A stretch of 64,000 nucleotides of DNA. It comes from Octopus sinensis (Eukaryota). The position numbers and the translations under genes were made by a program. The notes under the pieces are model-generated. The model was not told the DNA's origin and searched no databases. It was given only the letters and a program-made list of their open reading frames with translations. The stretch is taken from contig NC_043000.1 in the NCBI RefSeq assembly GCF_006345805.1, forward strand, positions 2,480,001 to 2,544,000, in the 5' to 3' direction. The number at the start of each line of letters is the position of its first letter. Positions within the stretch are counted from its first letter, which is position 1. Of the stretch, positions 23,840 through 37,407 are shown piece after piece.

Positions 23840-26585
23840 TTAAATCCACTAAGGGCAAGCAGGAAGAAAACTCCTGCAGAAATGAAGAAGAGTCAAATAC
23901 GACAGGCACTGGATGGAACTGGCATTCACAGCCTCAAGTCTACATGTAAGCAAGCGGCTCTCTTCCCAATGATCTTCGGACTTGAAGAATTGCCATCATC
24001 ATCACATAATGAGTTCAAATCCTACTGATGATTTTTTCATTGTATGATTTTGTCCCAAACAAAGCTGAAAAACTTGATTATCACTCTGTATTTTGTTTAG
24101 TGTTTCTTTAACAACCCAAATCACAGCAGTTAAGAAAGAAAGCACTCATTAATTAATTAATGAGCCATCCCACTTTGCGGTTCCTTAGTTATAATTTGGT
24201 GGACTGGTCCCAAATATAATTCATTCTTCCCCTCCTTGCAAATTCTGGTGTTGTTACTCTACAGCTACGGAATGGAAGAATAGTTTAGTGCATTGGACAA
24301 CATTTCTTGAGGTGTTTTTGCAATATAGTTTAAAGCCTTTTAATTTCCTGGTTCAAATCTTGCAAAAGTCAGCTTTACCTTTTGTATTTTCAAGGCTGAT
24401 AAACTAAAGTATCAGTCAAGAACTGTTGCCATCCCCACCCACCCCCACTGCCAAAATTAATGTACTTGAACCTGTATTAGTAATCAATACTGCAGAAGCC
24501 TAATTCATCCTTCCAATTTCAATAAAATAAAATACCAGTCATATATTTGGGTCAATATAATTAGCCTTATTCTTCTCCCAAATTTGTTTTCATGTTCATC
24601 ATCATTGTTGTCAATGTTCAAATTGCTATGTTTGCATGAGTCAGACAATTCATTGAGGTGTTCTTTCTGCAGCCAGGTTCCCTTTCTGTTGCCAATCCTT
24701 ATTTGTTACCTAGCAATGTGCCAAACATGCTTCCATGGAAGACTGGAAATAATTCATACTATGATGTGACTGTGAAAACCTGACAAATGAAGTGAGTTCA
24801 TGGCTCGCAGGATGGCCTGCTGTGCTAACTTTGGATCATAGAGTGACCCGCTATTCTTGAGGAGACCTATTGAGTCAAGTATGTCAAGACCAACATCAAA
24901 ATAAAAATCAAATGGAAATAGTAGTTAAGATACCCGTGCCGGTGACACGTAAAAAGCACCATCCGAATGTGGCAGATGCCAGCGCTGCCCAACTGGCGTC
25001 CGTGTCAGTGACACGTAAAAGCACCAACCGATTGTGGCCATTTGCCAGCCTCATTTGGCCCCTGTGCCGGTGGCACATAAAAAGCACCCACTACACTCAC
25101 AGAGTGCTTGGCGTTAGGAAGGGCATCCAGCTGTAGAAACACTGCCAGATCAGACTGGAGCCTGGCGCAGCCTCCTGGCTTCCCAGACCCCGGTCAAACC
25201 GTCCAACTCATGCTAGCATGGAAAATGGACATTAAACGATGATGATGTTGTATGAAGGTGACATCTGTTGACATCTACTGTGACAGGGAGACACAAATGC
25301 ACACTCATGCTGACACACACATACATGTGCACAAATGCATTCACAAAGCTTTAGTTGGGCCAGAAATATAGTAGAAAACACTTTCCCAAGGTTCTCTGCA
25401 GTGGGACAGAACCCAAAACCACACAGCTATGTGTGGGGAAGCATGCTTCTTAACTGCACAGCTAATGTAAGAAATGTTTGTGCCTGTGTAAGAAATCAAC
25501 ATCAGAGAATCCTATGTGGCCCAGTGTGAAGTACCTACTCACAGTTCTTATTTACAACATGGTAAACTGATCCAGCAACTGCTGAATTGTCATTGCTATG
25601 GACACAGCATGACATACAAACCATGATCGACCCTTCTGCAGTTAGTATGACACTGTCTTCTCACTTGGTGGTACTTATCTAATCAGCTAATACTTCGTCA
25701 ATCAGCTGTAGCTTATTAATAATAAAACATCAATGCATTTAATGCAGACGTGCATGTTGTTGCATATCTCTTCGAACTGACCTCCTGCGCTTTACGTCAT
25801 TCGGTCTGCTACACCCTACCCTCAGCTCCACCGCCAACCCAGCTTGGCCACCAGTAGGTGTTGTAAGGTGTTGATGGTGGAGGTGGTCCTCAGTGTTGTG
25901 ATGGCTGTGGTGGAGGGGCAGAATTAGATTTCTCATTCATCATAATAAATATCTATTTCCTTATCATTTGCTGCTGGTTTTAGGGAAAGTTCAGTAAATG
26001 GTAAGTAGCGCCATGGGCAATTAACACAGTCTCTTGTCCTACCTCTGTGTGCACGCAATAAAGTTACGAGAGAAGGTGTGATGTGTGAGATGATGTGACA
26101 GGTAGTGAAGGAGGTGTAGTTTCACCTGCATTGCCATAAATGGACATAGTTCCTTGGTTACTATGCTTGAAAACCAAATCAGAAGTTGTGTAAATATTTT
26201 AAAGTGTGAATTTGTGTGCATGTTCACACTCACATGTGCATGTATACATATGTGTATGTGCACATACACAGGCACATGCATGTATGGAGTATAAAATATG
26301 GATTCAGAGATTCGTGAAACTATCACAATAAGCTCCTCCTACAGACTTGGTTATCAGTCCATTTAGTAATCGAGAGGGTTGTAAAAGAGTTGTAATCCTA
26401 TGGAAGCCATTAAGTTAGATAAACCTATATCTATCTCTCACATGTAACACATATATATCTACATACACACTCACACACACACATATATATATATATATAT
26501 TATTTTGAGTTGCCATGATAGATCGGTAGCCACTACACACATTTTTTTTTCTCTCCTTGTTTCTCTCCTTGTTTTTTCTGTGTCC

Positions 26586-26621
26586 CTTTCTGTTGAAGAG
26601 CGTAGGCTCGAAACATAAAAG
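26586..26621 (+). pseudogene. Hammerhead-like motif with core change (CUGUUGA)
   Basis: CUUU / CUGUUGA / AGAGC-guag-GCUC / GAAA / CA / UA / AAAG. Confidence 0.5.
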
Positions 26622-26711
26622 ACTTTTTCAATTCCTGAGCGTTATACTAATACATCTGTTTGTTTTGTACACCACCTGCCTTTGTCTTTTGTATTTTTCG
26701 TGAACTCTCTC

Positions 26712-26766
<55 letters not shown>

Positions 26767-27196
26767 TGTGTAGATGCTGAAAAATAGATAGATACATATG
26801 TAAATGCAAAAATAAGTTTTGTAAGATTCATTTTCATCTTGCAGGATGTTTTGTTCTCATTGCCATGGAACCAGCCAATGATAGCAACTCTGTAATCATT
26901 GTAGTAGCTTGGTCACTTTTCTGATACCAGAATTAATGGCATTGATAATACATTTAGTAATAATGTTTGTCTCACTCTGAACAGGTTTGACTAGGGATGG
27001 AAAGAAAGTCAAATTTATGATCTTTAACAGTAATATGGGGAGCGAGCCCTTGACTAGCTTTCCTGTGTGTTTTGATGATGTTATTAGGAAGAAATTTGTT
27101 GTGTTTACTTCAGATATGTTCTTTGTTTTGTCAGCAGGAATGTGTACATAAGGGGTCGATTGAAGTATCCCATGTAATTATAAGTCATCTAAAGAA

Positions 27197-27427
27197 GGCA
27201 GCGAGCTGGCAGAAACATTAGCACGCTGGGAAAAATGCGTAGCCATATTTTGTCTGCCATTACATTCTGAGTTCAAATTCCGCCGAGGTTGACTTTGCCT
27301 TTCATCCTTTCGGAGTCGATTAAATAAGTACCAATTACGCACTGGGGTTGATGTAATCAACTTAATCCATTTGTCTGTCCTTGTTTGTCCCCTCTGTGTT
27401 TAGCCCCTTGTGGGTAGTAAAGAAATA
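27197..27427 (+). mobile_element. SINE family C with perfect 18-bp TSD
   Basis: TSD TATAAGTCATCTAAAGAA at 27179-96 and 27428-45. Confidence 0.85.
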
Positions 27428-27445
27428 TATAAGTCATCTAAAGAA

Positions 27446-27790
27446 TTTTGAAAAGGGTTAGAATGTGGCTGAAATCTTAACTTTTTGTAGATGTTTATTA
27501 AATCAGCTTTGAAATCCTCAAGGTTCTTTATCTTAGATAGTGGTGAATATTTTCCATGATTTGAAGTTGAATTTACTTGTGGATGTGCTGGTAGTTGGGT
27601 TTTTGAAGGAGCAAGCATTCTATTGGATGCACTTGATCACACTTTCTATCTTCTAGATAAAGTACCAAAAGTTTCCTTGATGGTACTTAGATGTTTTTCC
27701 ATGAATATAGAAGTAGTTGTCTCTCCATTTTCAACTGTTTATTCCTCATTTACAAAATACAACCTTGCCCAGACTTGTCAGTACTTAGAG
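27446..27790 (-). pseudogene. Possible Penelope-like ORF remnant (N-terminal region upstream of RT)
   Basis: ...HGKYSPLSKIKNLEDFKADLINIYKKLRFQPHSNPFQNSL resembles, from memory, the F.xDL...I.F....FQ..L block of PLE ORFs; degraded. Confidence 0.4.
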
Positions 27791-28069
27791 CTTTACAGTG
27801 GAATCCGAATGGATATAAAAAGAAAGGTTGGCCTAAGAACTCATAACGTAGATTAACAGAAGGAACTAGAGAAAGGGGGACATTCATGGCAGATATAAGT
27901 ACAGAAGCGAAAAATTATGCGACATGGAATTCAACTATAAGTGGCCTATACTCTGCGTTGGAGGGTTAAAGGCAGGAAAGGAAAGTACTTAGAGCAATTA
28001 GATAGGTAGATGGACAAATAAAAGAAAATAGAGTCCCACACATGTAGAAGTTGAACATGCTTATCATGA

Positions 28070-28400
28070 CCCCCTTTGGTCACGAATGACCATGGGATTG
28101 CACCTAGAAAGTTCTCCTCTGAGGCAGAAGTCTGGGCAAGGTTGTTTATGGAAACCAGCAGTCACCTGTGCATATCAGCCTCTCCTCTCCATGCCATTGA
28201 TGTTATCCATAGGAAAGGCAAAGGCCAATACAGCTTTGCACCAGTGATGTTGCAACTCATCTCTACAGATGGGTGAGTTGGAGCAATGCAAAATAAAGTG
28301 TCTTGCTCAAGAATACAACATACAGTCTGGTCCAGAAATCAAACTCACTACCTCATGATTGTAAGCCCAATACTCTAACCACTGAGCCATGCATCTTCAC
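28070..28400 (-). mobile_element. tRNA-derived SINE family D
   Basis: Head GCATGGCTCAGTGGTTAGAG...GAGTTTGATTTCT followed by TTCTTGAGCAAGACACTT. Confidence 0.65.
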
Positions 28401-29199
28401 AAACATAAACATGTTTATTAGGTTCTACATTACTGAAAGTACTGAGTTTCATGCACACAGTTGACTACCTAGCTCATCAGATGTCCAGGGTCTGAGTTTA
28501 TGTTTAAACTCTACAATTACAAGAGGTGCTCAAAATGGTGACCATTAGCTTCCAGACACTTATTAGTATGGTAATCTATTACTTGAGCACCATTGGCCAA
28601 AATGTCCAATAGGACCACTGCATATGCTATTTCAATGTCTTTTTGAAGGGCCACCAATGTAGATGGTTTTCTGAGACACATGACATCCTTTAGGGTGTCC
28701 CATTTGCAAATGTTAAATCAGGAGAACATGTAGGGATCTCAGCTGCACCATTTTGTCCTTACCCAATGTCCTTGCAAATTCTCATCCAGGTAAGCTTGCA
28801 CATCTTCACTGTAGTGTGGTAGTGTGCCATCTTGTTGAAAAATTCATTCATTGTTTCCATAAAGTGCTTGTATCATCATCATCATCATTTAATCTCCATT
28901 TTCCATGCTGGCATGGTTTGGATGGTTTGACAGGAGCTGTCCAGCTAAAAAGCAGCCTGGGTTCCATGTCTGTTTTGGCATGGTTTCTGTGGCTGAATGC
29001 CCTTCCTAACATGTGGTTGGTAAGCAAGCTACTTACCACACAGCCACTCCTGTGCCTATATGTTTACAAAGTGTACTGGGTGCTTTTATGCAGCACTGAC
29101 ATAGGTGCTTCTACGTGGCATTGGATGCTTTTTACATGACACCAGTGTAGGATCGCTCAGCTGAAGAGGGACACAGGGGACATGCCTGTTTGCATGGAT

Positions 29200-29540
29200 A
29201 ACCATGATTTTACTTAGTTTGATGTGTCTTCTCAAGCACAGCAAACTGTCAGAAATCTCAATCCCTTGTCACCCATCTGTTAGGCCCAGTGTCTGAAGAT
29301 CCTTACTCACCACTTCATCTCATGTTGTCCTTGCATACAACCATGATTTTACTTAGCTTGATGCGTCTTCTCAAGCACAGCAAACTGTCAGAAATCTCAA
29401 TCCCTTGTCACCCCTCTGTTAGTCCCAGGGTCTGAAGATCCTTTCTCACCACTTCATCTCATGTTGTCCTTGCATACAACCATGATTTTACTTAGCTTGA
29501 CACATCTTCTCAAGCACAACAAACCACCAGAAGTCTCAGC
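29200..29540. repeat. 139-bp tandem repeat (about 2.5 units) derived from an RTE ORF2 end
   Basis: Units start at 29200, 29339 and 29478; sequence resembles 38420-38510 and 43060-43140. Confidence 0.8.
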
Positions 29541-30059
29541 AGGTAAAATAAACATGTGTAGCATGTCTACATACGCTTGACCAATAACAGTACCTTCAAA
29601 GCAAAAGGGTCCTGTCGAAACCCTCAGCACTCTGCAACAATAAATTGACTTTGTTGAAAAAGGTAAAAAATAAAAGGCAAAAATTTTTAATGGTACCTTG
29701 TTTTAATCCATGTTGTCTGAGTAAATTTTGTATCAAAATATTTCTACACGTTTTTATTTCTCTGAAGTGTGTATACATGTTTTTGGCAGACCGTGTTGTT
29801 GTATACTGAGTGCGTCATTTTGCCAGTAAAAATATACACAATGGTTTTCTTTCTCTCTTCTTTTTATTCTTATTTGTCCACTAGTTAACTAACGAGTTAA
29901 ATAATGGATTGCTTACCTAATCATTTGATCAATCAATGAGAGTCCTTTTGTCACCATTCATTACTTCATCACATGTCAGCAGCATGGGCATGCATTTGTA
30001 AATACAAATCCACATATACATATGAATATATGTATATACTCATGTGCACGTGTGTGTGG

Positions 30060-30151
<92 letters not shown>

Positions 30152-30167
30152 TACTATATATATATAC

Positions 30168-30224
<57 letters not shown>

Positions 30225-30408
30225 TATATAAAATAGGTGCAGGTGTGGCATGGCTGTATAGCAAGAAATTTGTTTCCCATTCACATAATTCCAGTTCAGT
30301 CCCACTGCATGGCAGCTTCAGCAAGTATCCTTCTATAGGTCACAGGTCAACCAAAGCCTCGTGAATAGATTTGGAGATGGAATCTGAAAGAAGCCTATCA
30401 TGTGTATG

Positions 30409-30450
<42 letters not shown>

Positions 30451-31873
30451 TATACACACATGTGTGTGTGTGTTTGTGTCTGTATCTGTCCTCTACTGCT
30501 TCTTAACAGCTGGTGTTGGTGTGTTCATATTCCCATAACTTAGCAGTTTTATGTGGCACCAGCACCAGTTCTTTTTTATGGGGTACCATCACTGACAGGG
30601 TCACCGACCACCTTGCTAGACAAAAGAAGGCAAACATTCCTCAACTGGATGGAGGGAGTAGTACTAAGGGGCAGGGAGTGGCCTTCTGCCTTTTGAGAGA
30701 TTAAAGGTAAAGAAGGTTGGAGATTAGCATCTTGTTGTAGAAGCAGGGATACCCCAGTTGGAAAAGACGGTCAAAGGTATGAAAAGTGTGTGTGTATGTA
30801 GGAGATGAAACCAATTAATGCAGAGATTTGAGGATTGTGAAAGATTTAGTCCCTGCACCAACAACATCAATATGTGAGGAGTGTGTCAGCCAAAAAGAGT
30901 TGAGAGGACTGGTGAACCAGATGGCTGCACCAGGCTCTAATCTGATCTGGCAGAGTTTCTACAGCTGGATGCCCTTCCTAACGCCAACCACTCCCAGAGT
31001 GTAGTGGGTGCTTTTACGTGTCATCAGCATGAGGGCTAGTCTGGTGGTACTGGCAACGGCCATGCTCAAATGATGTTTTTTATGTGCCACCTGCACAGGA
31101 GTCAGTCCAGTGGCACTAACAATGACCTCGCTCGAATGTTTTGTTCATGTGCCACCAGCACAAATGCCAGTAAGCTGATGCTGGTAACGATCATGCTCAA
31201 ATGGTGCTTTTTACATGCCAACGGCAGGAAAGCCAGACAGCTGCTCTGGCAGTGATCCCGTTCAGATGGAGCTGTTAGCACTCCACTGGCACGGGTGCCA
31301 ATTACTGAGGGGGATTACTTTAGAGAAGTGTGAAATGAGATAAATGTCCTTGATGCAGGGAGGAACCTGGTTCAAGAGTTATATGGGCTGTTCGAGAAGT
31401 TTAAGAAGTTGTTGAATAAGTATCCATGTTTAGAGTAGTAGGATAGGTAGGTGTTTTTAGTCAGTGGAACTGGAAGACTAAGTTACTGATATCCAGATGA
31501 GGGAAACTAATGACAGGAGAGTAAAATAAATATATGTGCAGAGACCACCTGTTAGAATAAAGATTGTTTATAGAGTAGCCTGGATAGCTAAGATAGACAA
31601 TCGATAAGAGATGAGAGATTTATGACTTAGAGATTAACTCTTGTGGTTGCCATGGTAATAAGAGTTGATGTGTAGTTTGGATCAGGCTCTTTGGCTCCTG
31701 GTAGGGGTTTATAGCAAACCAACACTCTATATAACATTGTCTTGCAAGAAAATTGGCCTGTCTCTATTGACTAATGTTGGTTGTTTAATTGCAAGTTCAC
31801 TCATCATTTCATCCAATGATAATATATATATATATATATATATCATCATATATATATATATATCATCATATAT

Positions 31874-31922
<49 letters not shown>

Positions 31923-32112
31923 TCATATATATCATCATCATCATCATTGTTTAACGTCCATTTTCCATGCTTGCATGGGTTGGACGATTTGACTGAGGTC
32001 TGGAGAGCCAGCAGCTGCACCAGGCTCCAATCTGATCTGGCAATGTTTCTACAGCTGGATGCCCTTCCTAATGCCAACTACTCCATGTTTCACTGCCGTG
32101 TAGCATGGCAGT

Positions 32113-32335
32113 TCACACACATGCATCATACAGTCTACATTTCATCCTGAGTGATAGGCCCTTAGTTGTCAGTAGAGGTAGGAGCTCCCTGAACTTTTCC
32201 CAGGCTATTCTTATTCTAGCCACTACACCCTCAGAGCAACCACCCTCACTACAGACTTGGTCACCTAGGTAGTGGAAGCTATTAACTACTTCTAGTTTCT
32301 CCCCCTGGCATATGATGGAATCTGTTTTCTGTACA
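32113..32335 (-). pseudogene. RTE ORF2 fragment
   Basis: LEVVNSFHYLGDQV...ARIRIAWEKFRELLPLL...LSLRMKCRLYDACV. Confidence 0.85.
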
Positions 32336-32508
32336 TCTTCAGTGTAGCCATGGCTGTGTGATAAATTCATTTTGCAACCATGTGATTTTGAGTTCAATCT
32401 TACTGTGCAGCACCTTGACAAGTGTCTTCTAATATAGCTCTTGGTTGATCAATTCCTTGAAGGTCAATTTTGGTTGGCAGAAACTAAAGGAAGCCCACCA
32501 TGTATGTA

Positions 32509-32560
<52 letters not shown>

Positions 32561-33507
32561 GTGTTAATATTTCTTGTTTACATTATGACCAGTCACTATT
32601 TGCATTCAAAGACTTGTGGAATGCATCATCTCTTACTTGAAATATAGGTGGGGGTTGGAGACAGCGAGAGAGCATTTGGCTGGTCATAAGATCTACCCCA
32701 TATAGTGTCCTTATGCATCCCATATTTAATATCGTTTAATATCCTTCTTCAATGCTGGCATGGGTTGGACAGTTTCATCTGGAGCTGGCCGGGCAGAAGA
32801 CTGCATCAGACTTCTGTGTCTGTTCTGACATGGCTTTTACAGTGGATACCCTTCCTAACACCAACCACCCTGCCGAATGGACTGAGTGCATTTTCGTGGC
32901 ACCACCACAGATGAGGTCAGTTTTGGCATGGTTTTTTATATGTGGATGCCCTTCCAAATGCCAACCACTTTACAATGTGGACTGAATGCATTTTTACTTG
33001 GCACCAGCAGTGGCACGGTCACCAAGTAGCTTGCAAGACAAGGAATCTTTGAGAGGGGAGGCGGTATTGGAGGAGGTGATCTTGTGCCAGATGATGAAAG
33101 AGAGGCAGAAACAAGTATCTAAGTATCTTGCTGTAGAGAGGAGGTACATGGTTATCCAGCCAGAGAGAGAGAGAGAGAAAAAGGGAAGGGCACATATGTA
33201 TATGCATATATATATGTATGTTGTGTGTATATATATATATATATATATACTGTGCGGGTGGCACGCTGTGCGGGTGGCACACTGTGCGGGTGGCACGCTG
33301 TGCGGGTGGTACGCTGTGCGGATGGCACGTAAAAAGCACCCACTACACTCTCGGAGTGGTTGGCGTTAGGAAGGGCATCCAGCCGTAGAAACACTGCCAG
33401 ATTTGACTGGGCCTGATGAAGCCTTCCGGCTTCACAGACCCCAGTAGAACCGTCCAACCCATGCTAGCATGGAAAACGGACGCTAAACGATGATGATGAT
33501 GATGATG

Positions 33508-33541
<34 letters not shown>

Positions 33542-34159
33542 CACTCTTTTACTCTTTTACTTGTTTCAGTCATTTGACTGCGGCCATGCTGGAGCACCGC
33601 CTTTTAATCGAGCAACTCGACCCCGGGACTTATTCTTTGAAGCCCAGTACTTATTCTATCGGTCTTTTTTGACGAACCGCTAAGTGACGGGGACATAAAG
33701 ACACCAGCATCAGTTGTCAAGCAATGCTAGGGGGACAAACACAGACACACAAACTCACACATGCATATATATATATATATATATATACATATATATACAT
33801 ATATACGACGGGCTTCTTTCAGTTGATATATATATATACATACATATTGTGCATGTCTATTTATATCTAATTTATATCGCAATCAAACTATTATTTAAAT
33901 ATAAATATATGTAATCATTATCATCATCATCATCCTTATATCACGCCACCATCATCCTCATCCATCATCATCATCATCTTTCCTTGCTTTCATTCATCTA
34001 TATCTACACCTATATGTACATAGCAGTATGTGTACACGTGTATGTATGTGCGTATGTATGTGTGAGTTTGATATTATTCTAACTACCTTTAACATACTCT
34101 TAATTGTTGCCCGGTTGCAGTTTCATCCCATCGATGGCTGCCGTGGCAACAGAAGTCCT

Positions 34160-34311
34160 CCCTGCCCCCCCCCATCCCCCCCGACTCCACCCCCCGACCC
34201 CCCCCCCGCTTCATATTTGGTACTAATCATTTGCAAGGTGGCTTTCTTCGTAACTCTTCACCTGCCAGAATGGTTAGAAGTTGGCAAACAAGCTATGGGT
34301 GGGTGGGCGGG
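34160..34311. other. Opposite-strand G-quadruplex-forming tracts
   Basis: C-run cluster 34160-34207 (G-runs on minus strand) and GGGTGGGTGGGCGGG at 34297-34311 on plus strand. Confidence 0.6.
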
Positions 34312-34499
34312 TGGCAGTAAAGTTTGAAGAGAGAGTGTAGGTGGTAGTAGCGTTCAGAGAGTGTTACCACCTCCTCCTCCTCCACTTCGATAATCAGTGA
34401 TAAACCATGGCATCATCGCTAACGAGCTGAGGTCCTTCTTATAAACTGTGTAATTATCTTGGTAGCTATTGCTGCTTTAATTAAACTGTATCATATGCT

Positions 34500-34891
34500 T
34501 CATGTTGTTGTTGTTATTGTTGTTGATATTTTAATGTTGTTTTTATTGATGTTGATGTTGTTGTTTTTGTGAATGTTGTTGTTTTTATTGATGTTGGTGT
34601 TTGTTGTTGTTTGTTTGTGCTGCTGCTGCTGCTACTGCTGCTGCTGGTATTGTTGTTACTGGTAGTGTTATTGATGTTGTTGTTGTTGTTGTTGATGATG
34701 CTAATGCTGTTGGCATCGGTGTTGTGAATATTGTTGCTGTTATTGTTGGGGGTAGCGATGCCGCTTTTACTCGTGAAGGTGGTCATGGCGGGGTTACTGT
34801 TTCTCATATCATTGCTGTTGGTGTGGTTAATACTGTTGCTATACTATATAACATTTATTGATGTTGTTGTTGTTGTTGTTGTTGTTGTTGG

Positions 34892-34923
<32 letters not shown>

Positions 34924-35320
34924 GGTGGTGTTAGGGACTTTGCTGCTGAGGGCAGTGTTGGTGGAGTTGTTATTTTTTTTATATATATATCATTTCTGTT
35001 GGTGTAGTTGATATTGTTTCTGTTACTATTACAGTTGTTGCTTAGTTATTGTTGTTGTTGTTGTTGTTGTAACTACAATTGTTGCAATTATTATTGTTGT
35101 TATTATTTTCGATATCATAGCTGTTGGAGGCGACTGATACTGTTGCCATTACTATTACTGTTGTTAATATTGTTGTCGTTGTTGTTATTACAGTTGTTGT
35201 TGCTATTACAGTTGTTGTTGAAGTTACAGTTGTTGTTGTTATTACAGTTGTTGTTAAGTTACATTTGTTGTTGATGTTACAGTTGTTGTTGTTATTACAG
35301 TTGTTGTTGTATTATTGTTG
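34500..35320. repeat. (GTT)n/(GCT)n/(GGT)n trinucleotide array with an about 18-bp higher-order unit
   Basis: Direct inspection; GTTGTTATTACAGTTGTT units at 35170-35310. Confidence 0.9.
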
Positions 35321-35702
35321 CTACAAGCTGTCTTTGCACATTGTTCAATATCTGTGTACTACAAGTTTCATGCATGGTGGCTATATATATATATGCATGC
35401 AAGGCTGCACAGATTTACAATCAGTTGTGTGCAGTCAAACACACAGCGATGTGCAATTACATGGTGTGCACAATGCTTCCAGCGGCTGGGGAGCTCTTTT
35501 GCTTTTGTTTTATCTCTTATTCTATGTGTATCTGTGTGTGTGTGTGTATGTATGTGTGTAAATGTGTATGCAAATGTATGGTTGAATGTCATATATTTAT
35601 ATATGTGTGTGCATTTGTATGTGTGTGTATGTATGTATATATATATATATAAATTGTATGCATATATATATGATAAAATTGTATGCATCTATGTATATAT
35701 AT

Positions 35703-35743
<41 letters not shown>

Positions 35744-35783
35744 ATATTAATTGTATGCATATATATATAAGATTGTATGCATC

Positions 35784-35814
<31 letters not shown>

Positions 35815-36183
35815 TTGTATACATATACACATGCACATATATATGTATTTTTGTGCAAGTATGTTGTTATTGTATTCATGTATACATGTATATGTGCATG
35901 TATGTAGGTATGTGTGAATACATAAATATATATATATACACACACATGCACATTCCTGAGTGTGGATGCATGTATGAATGCATAATTGCACATGTTTGCT
36001 ACTGTTTACATACATGCAGTTGTATACACATGTATAAATATATGTGCATACATATGTATGTATCTGTGTGTGCACATGTGCATGTGTTTATGAATGTATA
36101 TTAGTTTCCGTATGATAAATGCAAATAAATATGCACATTTTCTGCCTGCACAATTTCCATGTGCATATAAAAAGCAGGTTTTT

Positions 36184-36222
<39 letters not shown>

Positions 36223-36499
36223 ATTAATAAGGGTGAGAGAATTAGATACTAATTTAATAGTATATCTATTCAACACCAAGTGGCCTAGTGCTCCGAGAAA
36301 CCTGGATTATTATAATATTTTATAATATATTATAATATTTTTACAAAATAAATATAAGAGAGTGGTCACTATATGGCTCACTCTAGCACCAGTTAATCCA
36401 AAAGGTTTCAACCACAAAAATACATGTTTCCCATGAAAGTCAGTACGATTGTTAGCTCACACGGACAGGGCAAATAAAAAATAACAAAAATACAGGTTA

Positions 36500-36581
36500 T
36501 TTTGGGACAATTGTTTCGCTATTAATGAATTAAATGTAATTTTACTTACAAAAAAATCCACTTGTAGCTCGTCAGCCAAAA
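36500..36581 (-). ncRNA. Type I hammerhead ribozyme motif
   Basis: Reverse complement of 36706-36787. Confidence 0.9.
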
Positions 36582-36705
36582 CTATCTGGATGGCTGTTAG
36601 TTGGGGCATTTGAATTATAACGTCGGATGTAATCAATTGAACCACACGCGTATTTATCGTTATGGTAAAATCTGGCGTGTGATTGAGTGGATTTCATCCA
36701 GATAG

Positions 36706-36787
36706 TTTTGGCTGACGAGCTACAAGTGGATTTTTTTGTAAGTAAAATTACATTTAATTCATTAATAGCGAAACAATTGTCCCAAAA
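36706..36787 (+). ncRNA. Type I hammerhead ribozyme motif
   Basis: UUUUGG / CUGACGA / GCUA...UAGC / GAAA / CAAUUG / UC / CCAAAA; palindrome ACAAUUGU; predicted cut after 36781. Confidence 0.9.
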
Positions 36788-36936
36788 TAATCTGTATTTT
36801 TGTTATTTTTTATTTGCCCTGTCCGTGTGAGCTAACAATCGTACTGACTTTCATGGGAAACATGTATTTTTGTGGTTGAAACCTTTTGGATTAACTGGTG
36901 CTAGAGTGAGCCATATAGTGACCACTCTCTTATATT

Positions 36937-36969
<33 letters not shown>

Positions 36970-37344
36970 GGTATGAAAACTGTAGCACACATACAAGTGA
37001 CACGTGTATATACATACACACATGTACATGTATCCTCCCACACATACATATACTCTTGCTATATGTGTGTTTGTTTATATACATATATATGTTTGTGTAT
37101 TACACACACATACACACACACATACTTGTATTCAGTTGTAATAAGAGGTATTGTTTGATGTGGGTTCTATTTACTTGTCTGATGAATGACAGAAAATGTT
37201 CTATAACATGAAACTTGATGGCATGGAATATAATCTTGATACTACTACCCCAAATATATGTACACTTAAATACATATATACATGCATACACACACATACA
37301 CACATACTTGTGTGTGTCTCTATGTGTGTATATGTATATATATA

Positions 37345-37407
<63 letters not shown>

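Larger units (their letters stand above)
36345..36942. mobile_element. 248-bp near-perfect inverted repeat (102-bp spacer), one hammerhead per arm; Penelope-like insertion
   Basis: Arms 36345-36592 and 36695-36942, one mismatch seen; lies between (TA)n tracts. Confidence 0.85.
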
